Below are positions 29,138 through 40,500 of a stretch of 64,000 nucleotides of DNA, one piece after another. The notes beneath the pieces were generated by a model, which worked only from the letters and a program-made list of their open reading frames with translations, was not told the DNA's origin and did not search any database. This DNA comes from Geosiphon pyriformis uo1 (lineage: Eukaryota; Fungi; Glomeromycota), in assembly GCA_016748015.1 (NCBI GenBank), contig JAAOMT010000514.1, positions 604,924 through 668,923 on the forward strand, read 5' to 3'. Position numbers and translations under genes: made by a program. Positions within the stretch are counted from its first letter, which is position 1; every line of letters begins with the position of its first letter.

Positions 29138-31756
29138 ATGGACTCGGCCAAAAACACGGTTTCAACACATACAACTCTCGATGAACTCAAAGAAATAAGA
29201 GACTGCTTGAATTTCAAGAAAAAACAATTCAGAAAGGATTCTATCGCTTCAATTGGGCCTCAGGTGAAAACGAACTCATTTTACACCCAAAGATCACCGT
29301 CAGAGCAAGAACCCACAACGCCCTCTATTTATCAATCACAATCTCTTGAAAAGCGAGAGCCAAGTTCAGCCGATTACGTAAAACTTTTGTTAGAATACTT
29401 TACTCAGGAACTGATCTTACCTTTGACTTTGCCAAAGGACTCGTATGAAATTTTGAAAAGGTCAGGAAGGCCTATTAACCATTATCATAGGGAACTCAAC
29501 TTATTTTCAAGAGAGATTCCTAAAGAGCACCATGCGCTTGTAGGCTAGCAACATGGCCAAGTGTTTTCCGGATTGCCTTCAATCAAGCCTCCCTGGACAA
29601 GTTAGAATCTGCACTTCAGATCTTGGTTGACACTTGGGGACCCAACTTCATTCTGGTGAAAGAAAAGCAAAGCGGTTCACGAAGGAGGTTGATTATTGAA
29701 AAATTCGATTTGGATAAACTTAATGTCGCTAAAAATCTTGAAAGGTCTGTTGGGGCTTCGTGAATAGGATTTTTGATGGGATAACACAGTGAATATTTCC
29801 ATTGCCTGATACACTTGCTTTAAATACATAAATTTTTATTTATATCTGAAATCAAAAACCTGAATTCCCAACTCCAGCTCACTTGGGGATGGGGTGGGTT
29901 CACCTCTAAAGAAATCACTGGAGCTCCGGACATCCACTATAGCCATTAGCAAAAAACGAAAATATAAACAGATTCTAAGCGAAGACGATACAGGTTTTAA
30001 CTATTTTATGGGCAGAATATTTTTTCAGAATTCAGTGGAAATACATTAAAACATAATCTATGTAATATCCAGACTTAAAAGATATTGAAGCTCTTCTTGC
30101 TAAACCTTCATTCCAAGAGAGAGAAGACAAGCGAACATTGAAAGAACTGTGCGAAATACTTGATAAGAAATCCTCTAAGGATAAACTCATAAATGAAATG
30201 GTATTTTCGCCTAAAATTATTAATCAAAAAAGAATCATAAGCTTTAATAGAATAAAAAATTAATTAATCTATAAACTCCTATTAGTTTCTCTCCACAAAT
30301 AACGCCTTTCGAGAATTTTGTGTGTATGGGACTAAAGTTGATTGTCGAAGGCAACGAAAGACCCCTCGAGCGTGTCGTAGGGTAGTTGCCTTGTTTACGA
30401 TCCTTTGAATTTTATACATATTTTTAAATTTTCTCTTATTGATAAAGTTCATATTGAAGCTCCACTTTAGGCCGATGTTACGTCCACATACTGAAGTTGA
30501 ATTAGGAGATTGCTCTTATCTAAACACTTGTCATAGAATGGACACGTGTAAATACGTGCATTATGAACTGGACGATGATGAGGTTGAGTGGAGATATCTT
30601 CAACGTAAGGCGATCCCACCGTCTGTCGTAAGTTTTTTATTAAAGATCAGAAATTGAGGAAAAAATGAGAACTTGTAAATTCATTCAAATTTATCCTCCG
30701 TAGGTCTTTACCCCACCCACCAAAGTGGTAAAGTTCTGAATCATTCTTTTGACATTCCAAGTGGTTTGAAAGAATTATTAATTCTTTTATTTATGATACT
30801 TAGCTCCCACCTCAATGGATCAATTGTGATGTTCGAAAATTCGATTTTTCTGTACTTGGGAAATTCACTGTTATCATGGCTGATCCTCCTTGGGATATTC
30901 ATATGACGGTTTGAATATTTGGGTTTCATTCCCTTAATTTCTTCTTGGTTGTATTGATATTTACTTTAATTTTGAATCAATAGCTTCCTTATGGCACCAT
31001 GACCGATGACGAAATGAAAGCAATGGCCATTGCAAATTTACAGGATGAAGGGTTAATCTTCTTGTGGGTTACCGGTCGAGCGATGGAATTGGGAAGAGAA
31101 TGTTTGAACATTTGGGGGTAGTTTGAATTGGTTTTTCAATTTCTTCAAGTGAAGTACTGAAAATAATCTGTGAGTACTTCCCTCAGATATGATCGAGCAG
31201 ATGAATTGGTTTGGATAAAAACAAACCAGTTGCAACGCCTCATTCGAACTGGGCGTACTGGACATTGGCTCAATCACAGCAAAGAACATTGTCTAGTGGG
31301 AATCAAAGGAAATCCTGAGATCCTAAACTGGGGTTTAGATTGTGATGTCTTAGTTGGCGAGGTAAAAATTTTCATTGAAGTTCTATTTATTGAGCTTTCA
31401 TTTCTTTGAAATCACGCTTTTATTTCTTTTTTTTAACAAACAGGTGCGTGAAACCAGTCGCAAACCGGATGAGGTATATGGTCTTATCGATCGTTTAGCT
31501 CCTGGTACGCGAAAGTTAGGTAAGCAATTAACCATATTTCCTTTTCTTCCACTATTATTGTGCTTATTTTCAATCAATGACTAAATGTTCGATGTTAGAA
31601 ATTTTTGGACGACCACATAATACACGTCCTGGATGGCTAACACTCGGCAACCAATTAGACGCTGTCAGATTATATGAATCAGATGTCGTGGGAAAATACA
31701 ACGCGCGATATCCAGAAACACCATGCAAGGAGACACCACTTCCTCCAGATTGGTAA
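29138..31756 (+). CDS. IME4: mRNA m6A methyltransferase catalytic subunit (MT-A70 family, METTL3/IME4), multi-exon
   Basis: Spliced translation gives two CCCH zinc fingers (FREFC..., [20 protein letters not shown]), catalytic [10 protein letters not shown] (DPPW at 30882-30893), [49 protein letters not shown] and [24 protein letters not shown] introns; stop TAA at 31754-31756. Confidence 0.95.
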
Positions 31757-32031
31757 ACATCTCGCGATTAGGTTATCCACATAAATCTGTAGTCGTAAAG
31801 AATAAATTACATCTTTCACAATGAAAAATTTATTTAGCATAAATAAAAGCTTCTCTACATTCTATGTAATCCAAGGAAATTTTCCTCGCGCTTATCCCGT
31901 GACGCTCAAAAGTTGCTTCTAGAAAATCAAAATGATCAATGTGATCATTTTTTTACATATTTATCTACTGCCGCAGAATAATAGAATCCTTAAAGTGGGA
32001 ACAGAAACCTAGTGCCTTCTCCAAATCAAAT

Positions 32032-33680
32032 ATGTTTCAACAAATCAAAAAAATTTCTTCTTCTTTAGGCTTTAAAGATCTAATTGACGGACATGGGTAA
32101 AAAGTTCAAGTTAAACTCCCTATAACATGTACTTTTAACTCCAACTCTTTTAATGCTCACCCCTTGAGAAATTGCAGGTTAAGCGAAGAGGAATTGAAAA
32201 ATTTTAGTCGACAACGGTATTTACACTTAAACGCTTTCTCTAATGGCTCAAAAAGTGCGTTTGTATAGTAAATTACTCAAAATCATTACTTGGAAGTCAG
32301 AATACAAGCGGTTAAAACAGAATGGGAAAGTATTCGATCGAAGTCAGCCGAGATGTTGACTCCTTCAAACTTGAGTCCAAGGCTAAGTTCTTTGACTCCC
32401 ATGTTGACGAGTTCCTCCGGGCCTAATGCTAGGTTTCTTGATTGATAACCAAAATCAATTCGACTTTAGAACAATCGTCACAAAATTTTCTAATGGCTTT
32501 GGTTTTATAATATCTAAAGTATTAAATCACGTACTTTGGAAAACTTAGATTTATCAGCCACAACGCAATTGGCGGCAAGGTGAGATCAGAAATTCGGAAA
32601 GTTGTTTTGATTTTTATGATCCCCTTTTAATTTGCCTTAAAGGTATGAAGAGGCCTGGAACGCGATCCGAGCGGAAGATGAACGAAATTATAAACATGCA
32701 GCCGTGAGTAATCTAATTTTTTTATGCTTTAAGATCTTCATATCTCTCATAATATATTCAGATAGTAGATGATCTCATGACACAAGTTTTAAGCAAATGC
32801 GAGGTTCATTATGAGAATTGCGAACTTTTGAAAACAGAGGCAAGCCAATTATCCAAACTTAAAGAAATGGTTGAAAATCTGACGATTGTTGCTAGTAAGG
32901 GCTTAGTTTATCTATTTTGGCTTTGTGCTTATTTTTTCTGCATATATTAAAATATGTTAGTTTATAAAAACAGCTCAATTGAAGGATCAAATGATTGAAA
33001 TGGATAAAATAATGATCGATTTTGAGAAAGGCAGGGAAGAAAAAGCCTTCGAGGAATGGAAGCAATCCGAATATATTTCGTTCAACCAATACATGGATAA
33101 TAAGAAGTAATTACGATAAACAAGTTTGATTTTCTCATCCCATACATTACTTTCTAAATGATTTCTATAATACACATGGGTTCTTAATTTGCAGTGCCAA
33201 GCATGAAGGAACGAAAGCCTATTATCGGGAACAATATGAAGAATTTCAAAAGAATATACAAATACAAAAAGTCCACGCATATCAAGCTGATTTTGAAGCA
33301 CAGATGGAAAGATATCGAAGAGAAATTTTATCTTCACAAATGCCACCGGGTAGATCTTTATTTGATAATCTAATTATATTTTAGTCGCCAATCATATCCT
33401 CATTGAATTTTTTCTAGAACGTCTCCCCAATTTCCACACCCATGATATAACCACTACCCTCGAAGATCTTGAGCTCGAAACACCAGATGATCGTAAAGCA
33501 CTTGAAGATTTCCTCGGGTCACCAAGTAACAGTGAGGAGGTGGTACTCGAATATGTCTTATTATTATTTCTCATTTCTATTGTTTAATTTTAAGCTTTCC
33601 TTATCTGATTATCCATTTCTACTGCATCATTAATCTTATTTGCCTTCTTTTATAATTAGGAAAAAGGGGATAATACCTAA
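32032..33680 (+). CDS. Dysbindin-like protein (BLOC-1 subunit), multi-exon; last exon uncertain
   Basis: Manual splicing gives MFQQIKK..IQAVKTEW..LAARYEEAWNAIRAE..coiled coil..AYQADFEAQMERY..LEDLELETPDDRKALEDFL. This resembles metazoan dysbindin motifs as I recall them (LLSRYEDTWAAL, FEEAFQQDMEQY, DQEALDVFL). Confidence 0.65.
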
Positions 33681-34540
33681 AAGAAGATGGACGCGAGAAA
33701 GATTCGAAACCCTAAATTCATGTCGTCATCGCGATAATAGTCCTTGAGGGCCATAAAAAACATTGCGCGGTCCTCTCAGGGTGCTTATTATGACTTTCCG
33801 ATGATTAAAACCTGTTACTACCGACTTTTTGACAGATGGTGATGGCAAACCACTTCTCGAGACAAAAGTGGCAGCCCACCTCTAAATTTATTGTCGATGA
33901 ATACAAGCCCTTCCTAAACTCCCGAGATCGGTTTTTTTGTAATTTGATATTTTGATCAAACAAATAAAATTTGTTTGAACATACCATTGAACTGAGATCT
34001 AAACAGCAGTCCAAGATTCAAGATATTATAAAACATACTAAGCAGAATAAACTTATGTAAATGCTCCCAAGCTTTCAAAAGCAACGCAGAAGCCCAGCTT
34101 CATAATCATGAAAATTATGATCTGCTCCTCCATATATTTGCTTTTGAAAGACAAGGAGTGAAACCCTGATTTCTTTGGGTTTTAGTTTGTTAAAAGTATA
34201 GAATACGATGTTTTATCTACCTCTTGTGCGAAAAGCCTGGACTAGTCAATTACCGAGCGACCGGGAAATCGAGATTTATTAAGTTGGAATTAAGTAAATG
34301 AAAAAAGATTGATATTTAGACCTCCACTCATGGGGCAGAAATTCGTTCCGAAGGCCTAGCCATAAGTCACCGGCAGCTATTTACTGGTCACATTGACTAA
34401 TAGCAGATAATAATATCAAATATTATGGCCGAAGAGTAGCTAATGCAACGATCAGAAAAATTAATTTTGACGGAATACTATGGTAATATATAAAAATTAA
34501 CCTATATCTCGATGATGAATAAACTTTATTATTCAAGAAG

Positions 34541-36115
34541 TTATTGAAAATTTTTTGGAAATTCGAGTACATGAATGATTTCAACCGCTCGGAACTCGTT
34601 GTTATCATCCTCAAACTCCAACAAATATTTTCCGCACTCGTACTTATTAGGACGATCTGTTGTCTTGCTAGGTGGCAAGACAACTCTGGCCTTATAGAAA
34701 GTCGTAGTTCCGGGATAGATAGCAAGAACGGTAGACGTTTCCGGGAATTCATGGTTAACTTGTTCCTCCTTTGGGATCGGGATAACGTTTTTATATGGAA
34801 CCGAAAAAATCCGCCTGCAAAAATCAAATTACTTAATCCTCGAAGAAAATGAAAGACTGATTAAAAAAACCCTCACTCTGTCGCAGTTTCATCAGCGTCT
34901 TCAACTTCATACCTTTGAATATGAAATTCAATTTCAGTGAGAAATTCACTTTTTCAAAATAAATTTAAATGAAAATTTGGTCATGATTTACTGCTTCAAC
35001 TCATGATTGTAACCTTTTACGATCGCGATAATATAATTTTCTTCCTTACTTCGGGATTTCGGTTCTTTGGCTGCAACCTATTTTTGACATCAATTAATGC
35101 TATTATAATTTAAATCAAACAAAAAGTATACTCACAGAGCATCCTTTGGGTAAGCTTAAGAGACCAGATCTATAAAATAAAAAGATTGATAAAATAAGAG
35201 ATTCGTGGGTATAAACCTCAAAGCTTGAAACATGAAATTTATTTATACTTTTTAATCTTATGACTCTTTCCGGGAACAGTTATTGCAACTTTATCTTCCT
35301 CCTTAGTCTTTCGCTTCTTCAGCTGGCCCACTAAATCATTAATCAGAGGCGAGCTTATACCCGACCTCTTTGTTCCGCTTCTAGAGTTAGATGCTGATGC
35401 GTTTACCTTCTTTATAGCGGTTTTTTGTTTGGTAGTAAAAGCTAGCGCGGTAGATTTCTTGGTAGATTTTATAGACGTCTTTGTAGGCGCTGATAATGTA
35501 GTAGCACCTAAGGATTCTGGGTAAAGAAATTGACTCAAAAATTTGGTTTCACGTCAAATTACGCTAAATTAAGATCCAGACCTTTTTGTTTGTTAGAAGT
35601 CTCAGATTTAACAATAGCAGAATTGGTTTTGAGGTTGATCAACTGGTCAGCTTCTTGAGCAACAATTATCGCTTGTCTAAGCCAGAGGAAAATCATTTTT
35701 AGTTGTGGTATCTATTATCAAGAAATGATACAATAAATGAAAAAGGTGCTACTTGCAAGGAAACCCAAGAAATTCAAAACCTACTCTTCCTCTCTACGCG
35801 CTTGGTCCATTCCGCGCTGATACAGTGCAAGAAGCTCAGAAACCCTTTCGGGTGTAATTGCGCCCACTAAAGAATCACAAAATATTTATATAATTAGATC
35901 AAATCAACAAAAGAAATTGATGTTTGAATAATCTCCCAAATAACCCTACTAGTCCGAACTTCTTGGTGAATATGGGTAACCTTACGCGCGATTTCTACCC
36001 CTTCGTCCTCAATTTTATCAAATTTTTTGGCGTTCTGCAAGAGTTTAATGTAAAGCGCCTCCTCATTGAGTGGCTCGGGGACAATAGGACTCGACGTCCT
36101 GCTACGGTTATCCAT
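34541..36115 (-). CDS. SGF29: SAGA-associated factor 29 (N-terminal coiled coil plus double Tudor domain), multi-exon
   Basis: Exons encode VAAKEPK..ENYIIARIV..YEVEDADE and a last exon NVIPIP..VLAIYPGTTTFYKARVVLPP..YLLEFEDD, the SGF29 Tudor signature. Stop TAA at 34541-34543. Confidence 0.88.
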
Positions 36116-37573
36116 TTTGTTGAGTTAAATTTGACGCTCATAAAAAAGATGTGATTTATATTGTTTCAAAATCACGTGCTTGATTCCATTCTGAAGATTC
36201 AAATGAAATAATAATTTGCGAAATATTTTCAAATCAATCAAAATTAACACTTAAATTTTAAACAAAAATCAATTTAAATTATGTCTTATACAATTTAATT
36301 TTCTTTGAAAATTTCCGAATCAATTGTAAAAATTGAGAATTTATAAAAATTAATAAAAAAACCAATAAATAATTACTTTATCTAATGTTTAATCAACTTT
36401 TTTATAAATAATTCAAAAAAACAGTTTTTTAATGTTATAATAAAAACTTAATCAAATAATTTGCAGTTTTTTATAACTTGGTTTTTAATTTTATATGTAA
36501 AAATAATAAAATTTGCACAACTAAAATTACATGTTCAATTTTAAAGAAAATTAAATATTTTAATAAATAATATAAATAAGTATAAAACTATTATTTTTAA
36601 GTTTAAATTAAAAATTAATTAATTTATTATAATAGGATACTATTTTTTTAATTTAATAATTTTTATTTTAATTGTTTTAACTAGATGTGGTTTTTTCCCT
36701 ATTTATATACAGTTTATATATATTTTGTTATCAGTTTAAATTTAAGATTGAAATTAACATTAAATTATTTTTATTATTTTTATAATTAATTAACACATAT
36801 TATTATTTTACATTTATTATAAATTATCTAATTATTATTTATAAAATTATTAATTCTTATTATTTAATTAATAATTAAATTTGTATAATACACAAGTATA
36901 ATTAAATACAATAATAAGATTATGCAATATTAAAATCTACCAAATATGTAAAAATTATTAAAATAATTTGTAATTTGCCAAAATATACAAAAATTTTTAT
37001 AAAAAATGTATAAAAAAAAAGCTTTTTTTAAAATCATCTTTTTTAAAAACTAGTTATAAATACAAATTAACAAAATAAATTTTTATTTACAAACTACAAT
37101 TCTTAAAATTAATTGTTTCTTAAAATTTATATTTTCTAAACCAATAATTTAATTATTAATTTTAATAAATTAAATTAGTTTATTTCAGAGTTAAAAAATA
37201 GTTTTATTTATAATTAATAGTTTATACAAATTTATTTAAAAAATCTACAAATGAATTTTTTGTAAAAAAGTTTAAAAAAATGTTGTATATAATTTTATTT
37301 AAAATAATTTTCCTTAAAAGCTAAAAAATATAAACAAAAATGTAAAAAATAAAAATAAAAAGTTTTTTTTAAATAAATTTTTATTTTTAAATAACAAAAT
37401 AATTGTTTTTAATAAATAAGTTTAAAAAAATTTTTACTATTTTAAAATTTTAAAAATTATTAAATTAATATTTATATTATAATTTAATTTAATTAAAATT
37501 ATAATATTTGTTAAAATAATATATTTATATATAATAATTTTAAAAATTAAATATATTATTAATTACATAGAAA

Positions 37574-40500
37574 AAAACTTCTTTCTCTCTTACCTCCTAA
37601 AATCCTCAAAAAAGCGTATTTCAAAAGAAGTTTTTTTCTGCTATTTCATACTGTCTTCCATCACTTTACAAGAAACAAATCCTTTTGTTGTTGACCTGGC
37701 TGCTCCCATGAGTGGTACTGGTGCTAAAAGAAGGTCATCCAGAATTCCAACTTCTGGTTCAGTTAGTAGTGGTTCAAGTCATAAGATCAAGAAACCTTCT
37801 GGTGGTGCTAAGCTTTCAAGTAAAGATGTGGTTCTTAAAGATAGTGGATCTGGTCAAGTGGTCGGGCAGTTTAATAGCATAGATACTGATGGAAAGACTT
37901 CTGAAGATAAAAGAGTATCCGATTTCAAGATGAATACACTCCAAGCCAAGCATTTCAATAATGGTGTGATTATTGGCTTCCCCTTTAGCTCTATTAATTT
38001 CGACATAGGGAAGGAAAAGGAGGTTTCTCTTCCCCTCCGTAAGTTTTTCTCTTTGGAAAAGATGTGGGTGGACTCCAAAATTGTTAAAACCCAGGTGAAG
38101 GTAACTGTGAAGAAATCTTTTGCTTTGGACATCAATCTTTCGGCTGTGAAAGAGAAATTGGCGACGACTAAAACTCAGGTCATAAGGAAATTGTTTTTAC
38201 AAATCAATGGTTTTGGGGGGGTCACTACCCCCTCAAAATTTGAAGGAATCATCAGATCAACATTCACTTTATCAGAAAGCATGGAAAAAGCTGTCTCATT
38301 GGCCAGGGAAAATGACATCGTGATAAACAGCGATCTTAAGAGACAAGGAGTTCATTCAGATTGGGCTGTAGTCATCAAGGAAATTCCCATAGATATGCCA
38401 AAAGAAATGATCGTCGCCGCAGTGTTCGAATTTGGTCAAGTGGTGTCAATCTGATTGCAACTCATTGGACTGTGGCAAAAGGCTGTGGTGGAGTTTGCCA
38501 AATCAAGTCAGGCAGATTAGTTGGCAGCTAAGTGGTCATTCTTAATTAAGAAAGATTTTGTGCATGTGGCCAAAGCTGTGAAGGATCGTGAGATGTGGGC
38601 ATCTAGAGATTAGTATAGGGCACTTTTGTTTACTTTGTTGGTGGGAACAATAGTTCATGATCTTGGCAATCTTTTGGCAGGGGCTGGTGGGAAAACTTGT
38701 GTCATAAATCAATCCTTAGATACTGGTAATAGGGTTCATTGTGCTGTGGTTTGTTTTAAGAATAACGAGGATTTGGAGTCTGCGTTTCGTACGAAGCCTG
38801 TTTTTGGTGAGGTGAAACTTTCTTGGGCTAGATTGGACCTGGTTCAGTGTGAACAGTGTGGGAAACTTGGTCATTCTGTTCTGGAGTGTGATGCTGAGAT
38901 CTCTCATTCTCCTAAACTTTCCAAGTCATTTAAAAAGGTTGTCTCTAATGAGAACTGCCTCCAGTTGGCCAAGCTATATGCGAAAAAGAGTGTGCCTATT
39001 TCCAGACCGGCTGTATTCGGTGGCAAGTCATGGGCCCAGGTTGTTTCTATAGCATCTTTATCTAATGGTCCTCACTTTGGTTCTGGTTTTGGCTCTTCTC
39101 CTGATGTCTCAGGTTTGGTTGGTCACTTGTCTCTTGCAGGTCCTGTTAGTTCAATTTTGGAAACTCGTATCACTTCTTTGGAGCGCTCTTTGGAACTTCT
39201 CACAGATAAGGTGTCCAGTATTATTGACAAACTTGACAGTTTAAGCCTGGTGCCTTTGGCTCTTGTCTCTTCTTCTCAGTCCTTGGTTGCACCTGGTTCG
39301 GTTGATATGAAATCTGGTTCAGATATGGTTTTGGATGAACCTGATTCTGTGGTTATTTCTCCTTCTTTGGTTTCCTCTGGTGCCTCAAGTTTGGGTTCAA
39401 GTAGTTCAAAAATTCTGACTTTGAAAATGGGCTGCTTGGAGTCAAAGTTGGTGGCTCTCGAAGCTTTGGTTTATTTGGTATTAGGGAAGTTAGATTAGAT
39501 GTGTGCTGGTTCAGGTTCTGCGGTCTTTTTTGTACCTCAATAAATGATTTAATATGGAAAATAGCCACGTATAATGTCAGGGAAATGAACAATTCAGCAA
39601 AGCAAGAGGACATTATACATTGGCACAGAGATAGAAACAATTTAGTTTTAATTGTTACTGAGACAAAGTTAAAAGATAAGGTTCGGTCTTGGATTGCTAG
39701 CAAATTTGATGGTGTTTGGGTCTTCATTTCTGGTTTGAATTCTGGTCATCTTGGTTCTGGGGTGGCAATCATTATAAACAATTCTCTGGCCAAGCACATG
39801 TGCAAAGTTTCTGAGGTCCTTGGTCATCTTATTTCTGTCAAGTTGCTGTTTAGGAATAAATTTTTGGTTTCTATTTTAGGTCTGTATGCTGGCGCGTCAG
39901 CTTTGGTGCACTTTTCTCAGGCCAATGATGTGAATGCTTTGGTCGCTAGTGTTGTGAATGAATCATCCTTTGTGGTTTTAGGTGGGAACTTTAATGAAGA
40001 TGGTTTGCATAGAAGCACCAGTTTCAGAAAGTGTGGTAGCTTGGGTCTGGTCAACTCTTTTGTCAGTAGTCCATTTGTGAAAGTTCTAACATGGAGTAAC
40101 TCCTGGGGTGTGATGAAAACAATTGATTATCTTTTTGTGTCTCCCAATTTGGTCAATGTCATTGTGGATTGTGATGTTCTGGATGTGTCCGATTTCTTTG
40201 ATACTGACCATCATGCCGTCTTTGCGTCAATTGGTTTAGGTGGTCTCTTGAATACACATTTGTGTTCTGTTCGCAAGCAGGCCAATAAGGATCATTGGAA
40301 GTACAATTTTAAGGATGCTGGTATTGCCTTGTGGTTGAGATTCAGAAAGGCCACAGCAGTGAATGCTGCCATGTTCTTTGATGATTTCTTGGCTGCCAGG
40401 GAACTGTCAGATTTGGATGCGATGTGGGATATTGTTCAGAAAACAATAAGCTTTTCGGTGAATGAAGTTTTCAGAAAAAAATGGTTTAAAAGTTATGATG

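Noticed and set aside
34210-34410. GC-richer intergenic block with an 8-bp inverted repeat (tagtcaat/attgacta), possible ncRNA
   Set aside because: No recognisable snRNA, RNase P/MRP or tRNA motifs; it could simply be convergent 3' UTR sequence.
34423-34852. ORFs 34423-34827(-) and 34544-34852(+)
   Set aside because: Wrong-frame and antisense overlaps of the SGF29 last exon.
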